A DNA stretch of 64,000 nucleotides from assembly GCA_030704615.1 (NCBI GenBank), contig CM060733.1, positions 16,988,001 to 17,052,000 on the forward strand, in the 5' to 3' direction. Position numbers and translations under genes: made by a program. Position 1 is the first letter of the stretch. Each line of letters opens with the position of its first letter. The stretch comes from Takakia lepidozioides. Its lineage: Eukaryota; Plantae; Bryophyta. The notes under the pieces are model-generated. The model saw nothing but the letters and a program-made list of their open reading frames with translations, searched no databases and was not told where the DNA came from. Below are positions 51,001-64,000 of this stretch, piece after piece.

Positions 51001-54000
51001 GAATCCTGTGATTGGGACCTTGATGACCTACCCTTGTTCCCTGCCTTGGAAGTTATGAACTTACTAGTGCCCCTGCAAGCCACATTAATTCCTAGTTAGC
51101 ACCCATCCAAAGTATCATTGTGCCTTAACAGTGTAACTGATGTACATCAAAGACTCTATCCACAATGATGGGGGGTTATGCTTATGCCTTCTCCTGTCAT
51201 AATCTCTTGGTCCATATTTTCCCAAGTTAGACTCAATGCAAGTTAGTAAAGCCTACCAGCCCCTCTTAAGTTAACCCTCATATCAGCAAGCATAGGAAAC
51301 ATCCATGAACCTAACTGGGTCCTTCCCTTTCGAAATTGGGTAGCTATCTCTCTGAAAACCAGTGGTAGCTTTCAGCTGTGCTCCAAGCAAGGGGTTCTGG
51401 GCCAATATATATGCCCCACACAGCATGGCAATTCAGAAAAGTAAAATGATACTTAGAAACCCAACTGAATTTCTTAACTAGGTGTGATGACCCTAGGTGA
51501 CATTCAAAAGTGTGGAGAGGCAGAAGATACCAGTTGCTGCTACTGCTCAGATCCTCTCTGTCAATGCCAGCATGAGCTGGGCCCCTGGCCGCTCCTAAGC
51601 TGCTGGATACCCAACTTGGCACACTTGCCGAGTCCTTGTTTCGCACTAAAAGTGGGAATTGACTGGAAGCAGTTGCAGATTTTAAATTGAGCGGTTTCAT
51701 CACCACAATTGAAGCCTTGCCAGTGGCAGGATTGACAATCTGCAGTTGGCTATCTAACATACTTGACTTGCTACCGTCGACTTCCAGAGCTCCCTCATTC
51801 TGCACCCTGTTGTCCTTTTTCATCGTTTCTGAAGCAGATCTGAACTTAAGAACATCCCTGTACTCCTGGTCCATCTTTTTAAGCTCTGAAAAGGGGACTG
51901 CAATGGAAGAGGGCGCTAGCTTATTTTTTTGCCAAAGTGGCAGCCCTTCTTCCACTGCCATTTCCGTCGTTAGGACATCTAGCTTATGGTCCTTGAGCTG
52001 CTTGTGCTGAGGGGGGTGTAATAGGCCCTTGAGGTGCATGGCCTCGAGGATTTGTTTTAGGGTTTTGCGTTCCTGGATAGAGTTCCTGATGTGAAGTTGT
52101 AGCAAACGCTGGTCCATGTCACCACATAGAAATCCTTCCCTAGAGGGATTCTGGTTGTCTGGATGTTTCAAGGCAGTGGGCATCCCTTCGTTCAGGTGGT
52201 GCTTTGGAGACATAGGCAGTTTCTGAGGTGTGCAATTTTGTGCATTGTGTACCTTGTGCTGCCAGGTGACAGCGTCCAGCTGGCGTTGAGTTGGCCTTGA
52301 GTGGGGAACCCCTTCCTGTTGTCCAGCAGCGTGTAAGGAAGAATCTGACTTTGACTGTGAGTCTTTATGGACTTGTTTAGGAACTTTCTTCTCTTCCAGG
52401 AATCCCTCATTCCATTGGGACTGCAAGTGATAGTGATCTGAGGCTGGCAGAGAAGCTTCTACAGGTGGAGCAGAGTTCAACAACTTATGCAGTGATTTAC
52501 CCTCTCTGGATGAGGGCCTTACTGTCGGCGAGGGAGGGACAGAATCAGTGCTAGGAAGCTCCTGTAGACCCATCAGGCGGGCCACAACACTCGGAGCCCG
52601 CCATCTTGTTTCACCTGCTCCAATACTGTCGAAGGAGTTCTCTCTCCTGGCCTGAGGAAGTGACTCAATGATCGAGTCGTGCAAAGAATATCTCGAGGCA
52701 CAAGGATTGCTGACCTGCAATGAGTCTCTACCATCTGTTGACAACCGTGGTGTGTGCGATTGATGGGGTTCAGCTCTACTGTCTACAGAGAGCCTGGTTG
52801 AAACAGACGCACGAAGCGGGTCTCTGCCATGAACTGAATGTCGAGACGCATCCCTGTTTTTCTCCAAAGATCTAGATGAGTCTCTGGAATCAAGTGTCCT
52901 TAGGAACTCCCTGAAGTCGTGGACAGGTGAGGGCGTTATGCTGCTCTCAATTGTGTCTCGTCCAACCTCTTTGACACTCGAATGTCTGGGCAGGTCGGTG
53001 CTGCGAACAGAAACTCGCAGACCACCCTTTGATGCAGATAGGCGAGGACTTTCACCTGATGACTGTGTCAATGTGGCCACGTCTTTGCGATCAATCAAAT
53101 TTCTTGGGCTTCTAACATTTCTTTTGACTAATGACCTTGGCAGCTCCCTGCCATCAACTAATAACTGGTCTTTCTCCTGAACAGTCAAACGGCCCGGATC
53201 AACCGATAACTTTACCCCTTCCTTTCCATGAAGGAAAGTCTCTGACAATTTCACCACATGTTGGCCATCGACCAAGATTCTTGGGCTCCCAACATTTTTC
53301 TTGACGAATGACCTCGGCAGCTCCTTGCTATCAACTGATAAATGGTCTTTCACCTTAATAACATTCAAAGAGGGCACACCAAGAGATAACTGTGTCCCCC
53401 CCTTTGCACTATCAGATATCTCTGGCAAGTACTTCCCTTGATCTGGAGCCTGAGCAGCCTTCTTTGGATTCACTGCAGCTGTTTGAGGGTCCTTGCTGTT
53501 GTCCCCTGACACCCTCAACTTTTCCCTGTGAAATGCTGCTTTCAAGAAACCCCTGATGTCCCGGGATGGAGGCTTTGGTCCCTCTGTCATGGAGGTCCTC
53601 CCATCAACAGAGGCCCGGGACAAGACGGGTGCAGTTTTGGAAGGTTCCCTTTGAAGTGGACGGCTAAATGAAGTTTGGGCAGCTTTTTTGGTGGCTTTGG
53701 GGGTGTCAGATGATACCTGGGTTTCATCCTTGACATAGAAAGGGAGGAGAGGTCTTCGTCTTGTGTCAAGAGATGTACGGCCTGGCTGAAGCTTTTGGTG
53801 TACTAAGGGTTGAGATTCCTTAGAAGCTGCCAAGGACCTGGCCAACAAAACCTCAGTGTTGTCTATAGATGTGCGACGGGGGTCTCTTGAAACCTCCATA
53901 CACGCCTTAGGTTGCTCAGAGCTATCGAGAGAATGTCTCCTCCGCACAGTCTTATCTTGAAACTGCACCATACAGACGATTAAAAATCCATTTCAATAAC

Positions 54001-54922
54001 TCGTAGACTTCTCTATGCACCAAAAATAAATAAAAAGCAATCTCTGTGCATTCACTCGATGGGCGATGCTGTCATGTTTTTTGTAGAACTGAAGAGTACA
54101 CAGACTCCTTGCACAGTAAGACAGAAAGAAACTTCAAAAAATCCGCATGGGAAGTACAGAGAACCTCAGCCAGAGCAAGAGCCAACTATAATCTGTGAAT
54201 TACGTCTATGTTGTTTTGCTTTGTCTGATGGGGGAGAGGCATGAGCCTTACAACATATTGGAAAGGACACATTTTCCTCCCAACCCACACATACATATCC
54301 ATCCACGAATAACTTGATAATAATAACCATCTGGCTATCCATCCGCACACAAAGCTACAGAAAGCAGCGTACCATATAATAGCCAGGGATACGGCTCGGA
54401 TCTTTGATTGAAGGGTCTGATCACACAAACACACAAGCACATTCAGGAGCGGCATCTTTAGCATTTCTTCTTTCACCTGATGTTTTCCAAATTCAGGGAA
54501 AGGTTAGTAGAAAACAAAGAAGAGGTCAGAAGAATCTGCCTGGAAGAGAAGCCAAGTAAAAGACTTGAGAGACTTCAAAAGAACTCATTGGCCTGACCCT
54601 GAGAAGGTTGCCTATGATGTGTAGACTTAATGGCTAGTATACCAATCACGGGTTATAAACCTCGTCTAGCCAGTCATGAGGTTCACACAGTACCAACTCG
54701 AAATCGCTAAGAACTTGTGTACAGGTCATTCCAGGACTCTATGTATCACAGATCTGAGATGCCTGACTATGCAGCCAGAAAAGTTGGAGAGACAGGCATA
54801 TAAAGTTACTCCTGAATGACAGAGATAGAGAGCCCACCTTTAGTCTTTTCGCTTTTCTTGGAGCCATTCTTGCGGCCTGCAAGGGCCTTGTAGCGGTCAA
54901 CTAACTGAAAGATTCCTGTCAT
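48091..54922 (-). CDS. LONGIFOLIA / TON1-recruiting-motif (TRM) family protein with DUF4378, multi-exon
   Basis: Exon 54922-54838 MTGIFQLVDR; large exon with PSVVARLMGL, TLKQILEAMHLKGLL, ASIVVMKP; exon with HPSPVSVLD; last exon YVQEILIMSG..RRALFDSISDVL..IGEVSCALEKMIFEDML. Confidence 0.9.
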
Positions 54923-56639
54923 AGTGTTGGCCTCTCCTTTCGGCACACTTCTGGAAGCTACAAAAAAATCCTCCTTGCTTTCTTTCCTGTAAATGTCAGA
55001 TCCAGCTTACTTGGGCCACAAGTTTGCACAAGACATGCTCAGCACCTCCAAGGGCTTGACACAGCAAAGTGGAATCAACCCCCTCCCACCTCCCAGAGGC
55101 ATGAAGCTCTAAACGAGAGATTACATGTCACCAACCTGCACCTTTCTCAGCGCCTGCAAGAGGAGCTTTTAGCATTTATCCAGTATTACTTTATGATAGA
55201 ACAACTCATATTGACCTGCTTAATCAGTGTGCTATGTACTGATCAGTTATTGCCAAGATGTTGTGGAAGCTTTACAAAGACAACAGCCTCTTTCCAGACC
55301 TGACCTTTCGCTCTCTACTTCAAAAGACAATCACTGAATCTGACTCTTGCTATGATTGTCGAAGAGATGTGTAAGGCACCAACAGGATAGCAATATTGGA
55401 TTGCAGCAACGAAGAGTGAATTACAGTTTTGCTCAATTAAACCCTTGGGAAGTCCACCAGGGGTTTCCTACATATGCAATTGTCTCTGATCATACTCCTT
55501 GCCAGTATTGAAGTTGTATTTCCACAAGAATTTGCAACACTGGTGATAATTGTGGCAACCAGCTGACCACGGTTAACTAGTGTATAATCTAAATTATAGG
55601 AACTTCCAAGCTCAAGGGTTAAAATCCCAATAGTGTTGAAATAGATTGAACAGATGGGAGACAGAATCCTCCAGCAGAAGACCATCCATACAAGATTCAG
55701 ATGCTGCCATGTGTGGTCTCGATTGACCCTCTGTATTGCCATCAGATCCTTACCACCATACCTTCCCTCTGTAACTCAATCCAGAACTTCAGACTCTTAA
55801 TGGAATTGGACTGAGATTCTAACTTTACATGTTTGAAATTGTGGGCTTGGACGGTGGACTGTCCCTCAGTGGTGTACCCAAATGAGCACATGACTTTGGG
55901 GACGGATTTGTGGCAAACCATGAACAACCTTTATCTTAACCTGAGTGCATGTGAAGCTTATGCAGATAGTGTCGCAGATAGTGTCTCCTACCGATCGCCA
56001 AGAGGAAGTCCTAGAACCCCATGAGATCATAATGAATTCAGTAAGTTCACTATAATTCAGTTCTTACTCACCTTGGTTACAGATGTAGTGCTGCATTTTA
56101 TGTTGTAGTCAAGTTTGACCGAGATTCCAACTTATTGAAATTCTGTGGATCGAGGTGTTATTTCGGCTGTGTTCTACGCTATTCTCTGAAAGAATGGACT
56201 CGTTGTCACGCGTTTCTCATCGTCGAGGAAAGTAGCCATAGATACTGTTGTAGAGTACCCCTGCCTAATCGAGGCAAGGCGATCTACAAGAACTAAGATG
56301 GATAGCCATTGCTGGTCCACATACCTATAACGATGCGTATCACAGCTCCTATGCCGCATTCCGTCCACACGAGCTCCGTTGCAAGGGATAAGCATTACAA
56401 TTTTGGATATAATTTGCCATCACATCCGATGCCAAAGATGTATCCGACAAAATCCATCGTCCCCGCTTGCACTGACATTGTACTGTCGAACATCGTTCAA
56501 GCCACTTGTAAGATTACTCTTACTCCCGCCATTTGCAAGCACTCTGACCTCGCTGACATCCTTTCCTGATCTTCATCCTAGATCCCTCGAGCCTGAGGAA
56601 GAAGCCAGTCTCCCGTTCCTGGACCCCTTGGGTCTGAGG

Positions 56640-57200
56640 AATGGTAGCGCAATTACAATGAAGTAGCACTCGCCGGTTTGCAAATGCACTCCAACATCTC
56701 TGAAATCTCATTCATTTCCAATCTCCAGCTCATTGATTCCTGTCTGCAAAGGAGAACGTAATCAGAACTGAGAATTTCTTCCAAAATTTGCAAGCACTCC
56801 AAACTTCCCGCAATCCATCATCGTCTTCAATCTCCAGGTTCTTGGTCCCTTGTGTCTAAGAGAAGACAGCGTACTGATCCCAACGCAAAATTTTCGCAAG
56901 CACGATGCACAAGTTCTCCAAAACCCCTGAATTTATGCCTCATTTTCAGTTTTTCCTCCTCCTTAATCCCTTCCGTCTGAATCCCGAGAGCGTACTCATC
57001 ACGCACAATCACCCCCGCAGATTACAGCACTCCACCATCTTCAATCTCCTCCTCCTGGATCTCTCCTGTCTACAAAGGAGAACATAGTAACAACGAAACC
57101 CAATCTCTCGATTTACAACAACTCCAACCTCCGTCCAACCCTTTCAGAATTTCAATCTCCAGCTCCTTGATCTCGTGTGTCTGAACAGATGGAGCGTACC
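56640..57200 (+). repeat. Degenerate tandem repeats (~100-bp scale)
   Basis: Recurring gcactcca..c...caatctccag.tc...tgtct.caaaggagaac.ta units. Confidence 0.55.
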
Positions 57201-59784
57201 CACCAGCAGAAATTACATCCGACACACACAATACTCACGCAGACAACAACCTCCCTGCCACCCTCCTCCCTCGCCACCAATCTCCACCTCCTTGACATCG
57301 ATCCCTCTCTTCCTCGCTCCCAATGCAGCCACCAAGCTCCTGCATCTCGCTGCCATCCCGAGGTGTACCGTTAATATGTGCCGGCTGGGCCGGCCGGCTT
57401 TCCCAGCCGGCTGGACCGTTGGGCCGGCCGTGACAGACTGCTAGTCCCTCGGTCTTACCTCCAGTGAAAGTGAAAAAGAGTTGGTGAGCTGTAACCAACT
57501 CCGCATGATGCTCTGGTTGTGTGTGTCTGTCTTTGCTAACTTATGTGTAAACAACCCATGTTTTCAATCTAATGATGCAGGAGTGGTGAAAGTGGAATCT
57601 CATCTTTTCCTTTGAATGCCCATTAGCTTGAGTACTGTAATGACTACAGCAGAGATTACAAGCACTGGAAGGAGTTCAGATTGTGCAGTGATGGATGTAC
57701 TGTAGGTGGTGTCAGTCCATGGTAGGTCGTGGAGCTCGTCATCACTGGTGCCGACAATTATCATAACTATCATCATCATTAGTTTACTGTGTTGAGTTTG
57801 AAGCTCAGTGGCAATGGCTTACTTGCCTTCGAAACACAAGTTTGTGGATGCAAAAGCTGGGCCTCTGCTTATCACTCCACCTCCGCACTTGATGTCTACC
57901 ACAACATCCAAAAATGCAGAGACAGAAGAGTCCAACTTTCTATCCATTTCTACATTCATTTTTGATAGTCAACAACTTGGTGGTCCCAGTGTGGTTCAGG
58001 GTAATTCCAAGCCTTATAATTATGGCTTCTCACAAGCTTATTTTTCCTTGTCTTTGTAAGCCTTTGGGCTCTTCCAGGTTTTTCCCTCGTTGCATTTCGA
58101 TTACCAGCATCAGTTGGAAACTGCAGTTGGTGTCACCCCAATGGAAGTTTGGGCCTGCTACCTTGTCATGTGTGGTATAATTTCCATTGTGTCTCCTACA
58201 TGCTTCAATTTTCCCCCTCCTCAGTACAGGGCCTGAAGTGTGAGCTGTGGCTCCCAGGTTTCCTTTTCAAAGAACACATGCTGGCGTCCCTGCTTTTTGT
58301 TTACACCAGGATTTGTATCTGGTGGTGCTTCTCTCTTGGGAACTTTCGGGGTGCATGACAGTATCATTTCCCAGCATCCTGCACTTATTATGGCTGGAAT
58401 TGTGATGTGAGCTTTGGACAAAAGACTAGTTTGCTGTCTATCCTCCACAGTGGTGAATATGAATAACTTAGAAAATGCAACACATTCAAGCTTTCATAAT
58501 CCTCAACTTGCACGTTCTCAAACATTTAGTAGGGGCGCACTATGGGCCCACAAGCCAAAAGCGGTGTAGCCTCATTCAAGAGGTCGCTTGAATGAGGTCA
58601 GTACCCCGATTCCCGCGTTGAACAATGCAAGATAATCTCTCCACTTCCTCGCAGTTTCATTCAGCTACTCCTTACTGTCGACAAGGCAATTGAGTCTGAC
58701 AGTACTCCATGGGACACGGAGCAGGAGAGAGGGCGGGGAATCTCACTACGGTTTCACGAATAGTTGCACCTGCGTTGTGACTTGTGCCCCATTTTCATCA
58801 TTGCTGTTTATGTTGTGAGGCGAACATGTCACCCTATCAAGCTCCCTGCTGCAGAGAGGGCATCTGCATGATTTTCCAGCTACAAGATCGGCACTGAGCA
58901 ACACTCGGTGTTCAGTACGAGCAGGGAAGGTCCTTGACGTAAAGTGCCTACTACCTAACCTCTTCGAGCTTTTCTTCCACCATAACATCGTGAGAGGGAC
59001 GTATAAGGAAGTACATGAAACTACCACCTAATTACGATCGTGAGAATTTCTAATGAAAAGGAAAATGAGTTCAGTGTCCAGAGATTGGTCCATTGGTAGG
59101 ATAACCAAATGATTCAGTCATAATTGAAAGGTCTTCATCTTTACAGCTCCAAAGGTATTGAAGGATAGATGGAGGCGTAGGCATAAGAGACTTGTGGTAG
59201 AAATAGAGACCATATACAGGGGCCAGTGCTAGTGAGCAGGAAATGCTCATCCAAATGAGCAAGCTGGACAGAACGTCCACTGGGTTGGTCATTTAATGAG
59301 GGAGCTTTCCATCCCACCTGCTCTAATCAGTGTTCCGATTTGCACACTTCATCCAAGGTTAAATTTAGGTCGAAAGAAGATACTCACTAAATCCAGCCTG
59401 GAGAGCTGGAAGATCCACTCGTTCTGATTTTGTTAGTGTTCTTGTCTTCTTGCTGTGATCTTAAGGCAACAGTACACTCAGTGAGAACCTTACATTTCTG
59501 GTAAAGCAGGCGAAGAACCCCAAGTGTGGACTCTTGCTAGATGACAGTCTCCCTCTTTCTGATAGTGACTTGAAAGCAGACAGACAACGGCGTGTGAGAT
59601 AGCAAAGTCGATGCAGGGGAGACCATCAAAATCAGATGGTGTGTTTGGTGGTCGGTGCACAAGTGTGGACACACAGGTTCAATTTCTCTCGCTGGTGAAA
59701 GTTTAGTTCTGCATAACTCCAACCACTTGACTGTCAACAGATCATATTTCATGTATTAGTAACTCTGACTGCTCTCAAATTAGG

Positions 59785-60845
59785 GGACATCGCGTAAAGC
59801 CACAAAGCACGTAACCCACAATGCGAGTGTAGATCATATAAAACTCTCCAGGGTCCTTCAGAAGATGCAAGAATCACCAATACATACCTGCTTACCTCTA
59901 GGAGCTGCGGATTCCATCAGGACTGCGGCGTCAAGTTCTCCATACAGAACTTTCATAACCGGAAAGACTCTTACATCGTCGAAGGCATCCAGGAGATCGA
60001 TTTAGGTCTTGAGATCAGACTGAAAGTCAAGACTTTTCAATCTCCTGGTTTGCATTCGACATGTCAGAGTCTTCCCTGATGTTTATGCATCCTCTGGAGT
60101 CGCGATACCAACCTTGGCAGAGGTCGACTCAACGTAAAGACACATCACGTAGAGCCACAAAGCGAGAGTGTAGATCACAAAACGCTTTCCAGCTCCTTGC
60201 ATAAGCGGCGTCAAAATTTCTCGCATTGCAGAACGTCCATGAGACTGGACAGACTCTGACATCGTCGAAGTTTATCCATGAGGTCGATTTCAGTCTTGAG
60301 ATCGGACTGAAAGTCGACTTGGTCAAACTTCAACGACGTCAAATCCTGCCAGCCTCGTGGTTCGCCTTCGACGATGTCAAATCTTTCCTAACATTTCTGT
60401 CACGTTCGACAGAAAAGGACAGTTACGTAGAGCCACAAAGCGAGTATAGATCAACAAAAATACTTACCCGGCTCCTTCAGAATGCAAGAATCACCAAAAC
60501 ATACCTGCCTACTTGCAGGAGCTGCTGATTCCAACAGAATTCCGGCGCGTACAGAACTTCCATACCCGTACCCGGAAAAACTCTGACATCGTCGAAGATA
60601 AACCATGAGATCGGATCGTCTTCGCTCTTGAGATGCCACTGAAGATTAAGACTTTCCAGTCCCATGGTGCTTGTCTTCGACGATGTCAAGTCTTCCCTAA
60701 TATTTCCACCTTCTCTCAGCCGATAAGGACACATCACATAACTTTCCTGCTCCTTCAGAAGATGCAAGAATCACCAGGCAAAAAAGAGATGCGGCGCCAA
60801 GTCCTCTCGGAACTTCTATACCGGACCCGGAAAGACTCTGGAGCC
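59785..60845 (+). repeat. Degenerate tandem array of ~280-350-bp units (3-4 copies)
   Basis: Unit starts gac..cacgtagagccacaaagcgagtgtagatca at about 59787, 60139 and 60417, with a partial copy at 60727. Internal gactctgacatcgtcgaag..ccatgag.tcg motifs recur. Confidence 0.75.
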
Positions 60846-61171
60846 CAGCCACCATGACGGAGAGGAAAAGGTGGCGAAAGAGTTGGGAAAACGGCTAGAT
60901 GTCCTACTTTATACACTTGGATGATAGTCGGGATTAGGTCAACGTACACAATGGAAGCATCTGGACTCCTGGCCTGCCCTGTCTGCTCAGGAAGGGTTTC
61001 TTAGCTTTCACAGGGTTTCGCCAGCATTCTCTCGTCTTCCCTCTTTTCCCTCACTCGCTGTGTAGAGCGAGGAACACTATTCACTGCTACAACTTAGCAG
61101 AACTGGAGCAATCCAAGGTCTCGTCGCAGGCGGGGTCGCGCACTGGCGATGGTGACCCGGCGGCGGAGTTG

Positions 61172-62052
61172 ATGGATGATGCGCAAAAGAGCGTGCTGGT
61201 GCAAGCGGAAGTGCAGCGCATGAAGCGTCTCCCGGCCTCCAGTGCGTATGCCACTCATAGGCTGAAAGTGCTTGACAAAATGCTCCAGCTCTTGTCGAAG
61301 GTGTTCATCTCTCCCTTTTTTCAGCACCTGTCCTGCTTCGGTCGATCAATTCGTTGCAGAAGCACTGCATCGATCCCTGTGCTTTCCTGTTTCTAACTCA
61401 TTATTCACGTTCCAAAACTTGTGCATCTGTCGTATTTTCTATGTTGTATTCCCGTTCGGTCTTCGCCTGTCCTTAGAGGTTTCTGCCGTTGCCAAGTGAG
61501 TCGGCTCTCTCTTTGAAACTCCATCGAGCGCTTTACTTTCTTTGTAGTGGAAGACTTCCGTAGCCTTTGTACTAGTTCATACTTAAGCCATGAGGCTTTC
61601 CTTGGTGGAAGGAAATGCAGCGGTTGAGCAATTTATGTCTCCCGTCTGGATGGACAGGTAAAGTACGAGCAGGTGAAGTATGAGGTAAAGAACTGCCTGA
61701 AGCGACTGTTTCAGTAAAGCTAGTACAAAGACTGTTTGATGCTTCGATTGTCTAGATTATTTGTCTTCCTATGGTTGGGAACTGTGAAGTTTGAACATGA
61801 CAGGAGGTTCGTTCAGTCGAAATTGGTGTGTGGCAGTAGTAAGCCTGATTCCCCAATCAAATCTCGAGATTCAATGGCCGTTGGCTGTTCATACTTGTTT
61901 TGTGGATGTCATGTGTGGTTGACTGGCTGGACAAAGATGTGAAGGTTTGGTGGTATTTGTGAGTTAATGATGACTATACCTTGTTTTCATAGGTTCGAAC
62001 ACTTTCAGAGGCTGACGAGTTGGAGGTTCTTTTTGCCAATTTGTCTTTCTGA
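61172..62052 (+). CDS. Small conserved plant protein of unknown function (62 aa); exons 61172-61300 and 61993-62052
   Basis: MDDAQKSVLVQAEVQRMKRLPASSAYATHRLKVLDKMLQLLSK|VRTLSEADELEVLFANLSF*. Phase-0 GT-AG intron; the LP..S.YA.HR.KVL motif is recalled from plant proteins. Confidence 0.8.
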
Positions 62053-62352
62053 ATTCTAAGGTAATCTGCATGTTGTTTGAGTTCTGTGCTCTATTTTGTG
62101 CAAGTTCTTGTCTATCTGCATTTGTGTATCAAGAATTGTCTTGACTGTATCAGAAATCATACATTTGGATTATCTGTCTTTGAGACCCTTGACAGTGTCA
62201 GAAATCATAGAAATCATAGACTCCCATTGTTGTAAGCTGATGTACAGTAAGATGATGTTTGTTTTGACATGATCTTGTGTTTTGACATCAGGTTGGCATG
62301 GGAACAGCGGTGACACTAAGGAACCACACCTGCCAGTTGTACATTTTCACGG

Positions 62353-62484
62353 TGGAGATATTTATCTGTGCAGATATGTCTGTACACGTTATTAAGTGTT
62401 TGAATTAGTCTCACAAATACTCGGAGATATTTATCTGTGCAGATATGTCTGTAGACGTTATAAGTGTTTGAATTAGTCTCACAA
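62353..62484 (+). repeat. Near-perfect ~68-bp tandem duplication
   Basis: ggagatatttatctgtgcagatatgtctgta..cgtta.taagtgtttgaattagtctcacaa occurs twice. Confidence 0.9.
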
Positions 62485-63139
62485 CTACTCGAACAGCCGT
62501 AAAGTCAAGAGATGTAATAAGTATGGACTACTGTTTTGCAACCACTACAGTTGACTGTGCTGTCACAAGGACTCCTGGAAATTTCTCACCTTCTCTTTTC
62601 TACTATAATCTGGTGCCATAGCAGTGCAATGTCTGACTTTAGGAAGGATTTTGGAGGCTTCCAGGAGGGTGGCAGTGTAGAGATAAGATGTTGGAGTGTT
62701 GGTTTTGCTGGGTTGTCAATCCCTGTGTTTTCCTATAGATGTTGTCTTGCAGATATTGTCTTGCTCATGAGTGGTTCTCTATTTCACGGTAATGCCTTCA
62801 ATGCCTTGCTGAAGTGTTCACAGAGCAGCCCACAAACAGCATGGCATTTTTTTATTTCCTTTCCCTAGGAAAGGTGAGGGAGACCCTGCGAATAAGGTGT
62901 TATGGAAAACATATCCGCAATAGGAGACTGGGAGGAATGCTAGTATGTACCATAGAGACAGTAACACCCAGGAACCAACTTCCCTAAGTGCCAAGCTTTA
63001 CCAAACAAGTTTGGAGCATTGTGAATCGAAAAAATAACTAGGATTTAAAACCAGGCGACATGTCTCCAGTCTCCATCTTGAAAGCTGTGCACTTTCTTTT
63101 GGATGAAACTTTGGGCTACATATTTTAATCATTGAACAT

Positions 63140-64000
63140 ATCATATTTTAATCTGCGTGTCCTCGAAGGGAATACATACACGAATACAATGTTCCGCAAT
63201 GTCTCCAATGGAGTGATATCATCCGATGACCTTTTATGTCATCCATTCCTTTATTCATCCAGGGTATATAGGGCAGCCGCCTCTGTGCTTGCTTCTCTCT
63301 TTGTCGCTCGTTGCAGCCGTTCAGTTCGGTGGAGCAGGATCCCCTCCACCGAGTGAAGGTGGGTCTGTGACGTTAGGCCTGCTTTCAAAATGGCACCTGC
63401 ATCTCTGCCTTCAGTTTGTGGATTCAATGCCTGTAGGTCGCAGTAAGGTGGGGGTTAAGATGTGGGGATGGTATGGTGGAGCGTGGTGGGCAGGATGGCG
63501 GCTTCGGACCTGATCTGGTTGTTGGTAAAGAGAAACGGAAACGGCAATGCCTCTATGACAACTTGAACACGTTTAGATATGCAGGTACATTCCAAAGATG
63601 TTCGCTTACAAACTAGTGACATCTGGGTTTCCTGTTTTGCTGTTCTCCCTAGTATGGATCTGTATGGCAGGGACTTAGGGTGTCACACTGCTGTCTTTCA
63701 TGTCTGCAGTCAAATGGTTTGTACCTCTCTGTCTATCAGGATTGTGACTGGAAGTGCTTGTCTGTGGGAATCGTTCTTCTCAAGTCAAAGTGGGGTGGTT
63801 TACGTTGGCCTTCCATGGTCGGCGGGTTTCTCCTCTGCCTTTGAAAGACTCGACATGTAGTGTTCAGTAGGTTTGCAACCTGCAAACTGTGTCTCCCAAG
63901 TCGAAAGAGCTGGGCAATGCAAACCCTAAACGCGGGTTTGTAAGATGCTGAAGAGATCCGGAGCAACAAATGGTCTCTCAGAATCCTGAATGAGGCACCA
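63140..64000 (+). pseudogene. Second deleted copy of the RPL28 locus, running off the window end
   Basis: Near-identical to 20845-21770, including the same exon-1 deletions and the same intron-to-SINE junction. Confidence 0.88.

Noticed and set aside
54923-55036. Upstream ATG extending the TRM protein (MSCANLWPK...)
   Set aside because: In-frame TAA after 9 codons, and the possible 24-nt intron is too short; the start was placed at 54922.

Overview
Eukaryotic nuclear DNA from a land plant, probably a non-seed plant such as a bryophyte (inferred from spliceosomal introns, PLS-type PPR fragment, TRM/LONGIFOLIA, RPL28 and COX16 homologues). The left half (1-35.5 kb) is mostly decayed, nested transposons. 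The right half holds host genes: RPL28, a sulfotransferase-like gene, a saposin/Canopy-like ER protein, a LONGIFOLIA/TRM gene and a small conserved protein. A COG0212/MTHFSD-like gene lies at 17.8-20.6 kb. Two unrelated mobile elements each carry a DNA methyltransferase. (1) A Mutator-like (MULE) DDE element at about 6-16.3 kb carries an intron-containing, prokaryote-style module: a ParB/Srx-like domain (DGNHR) and a beta-class N6A/N4C amino-methyltransferase. Its presumed introns contain arrays of a 24-bp palindrome. An internal ~3.7-kb inversion appears to have swapped the 5' halves of the two divergent genes. (2) A Ty3/gypsy element at about 24.5-31.6 kb has a C5-cytosine methyltransferase between protease and RT, and a PHD finger after integrase. 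All assignments come from motif recognition by eye; no searches were run, and both elements carry frameshifts or stops.
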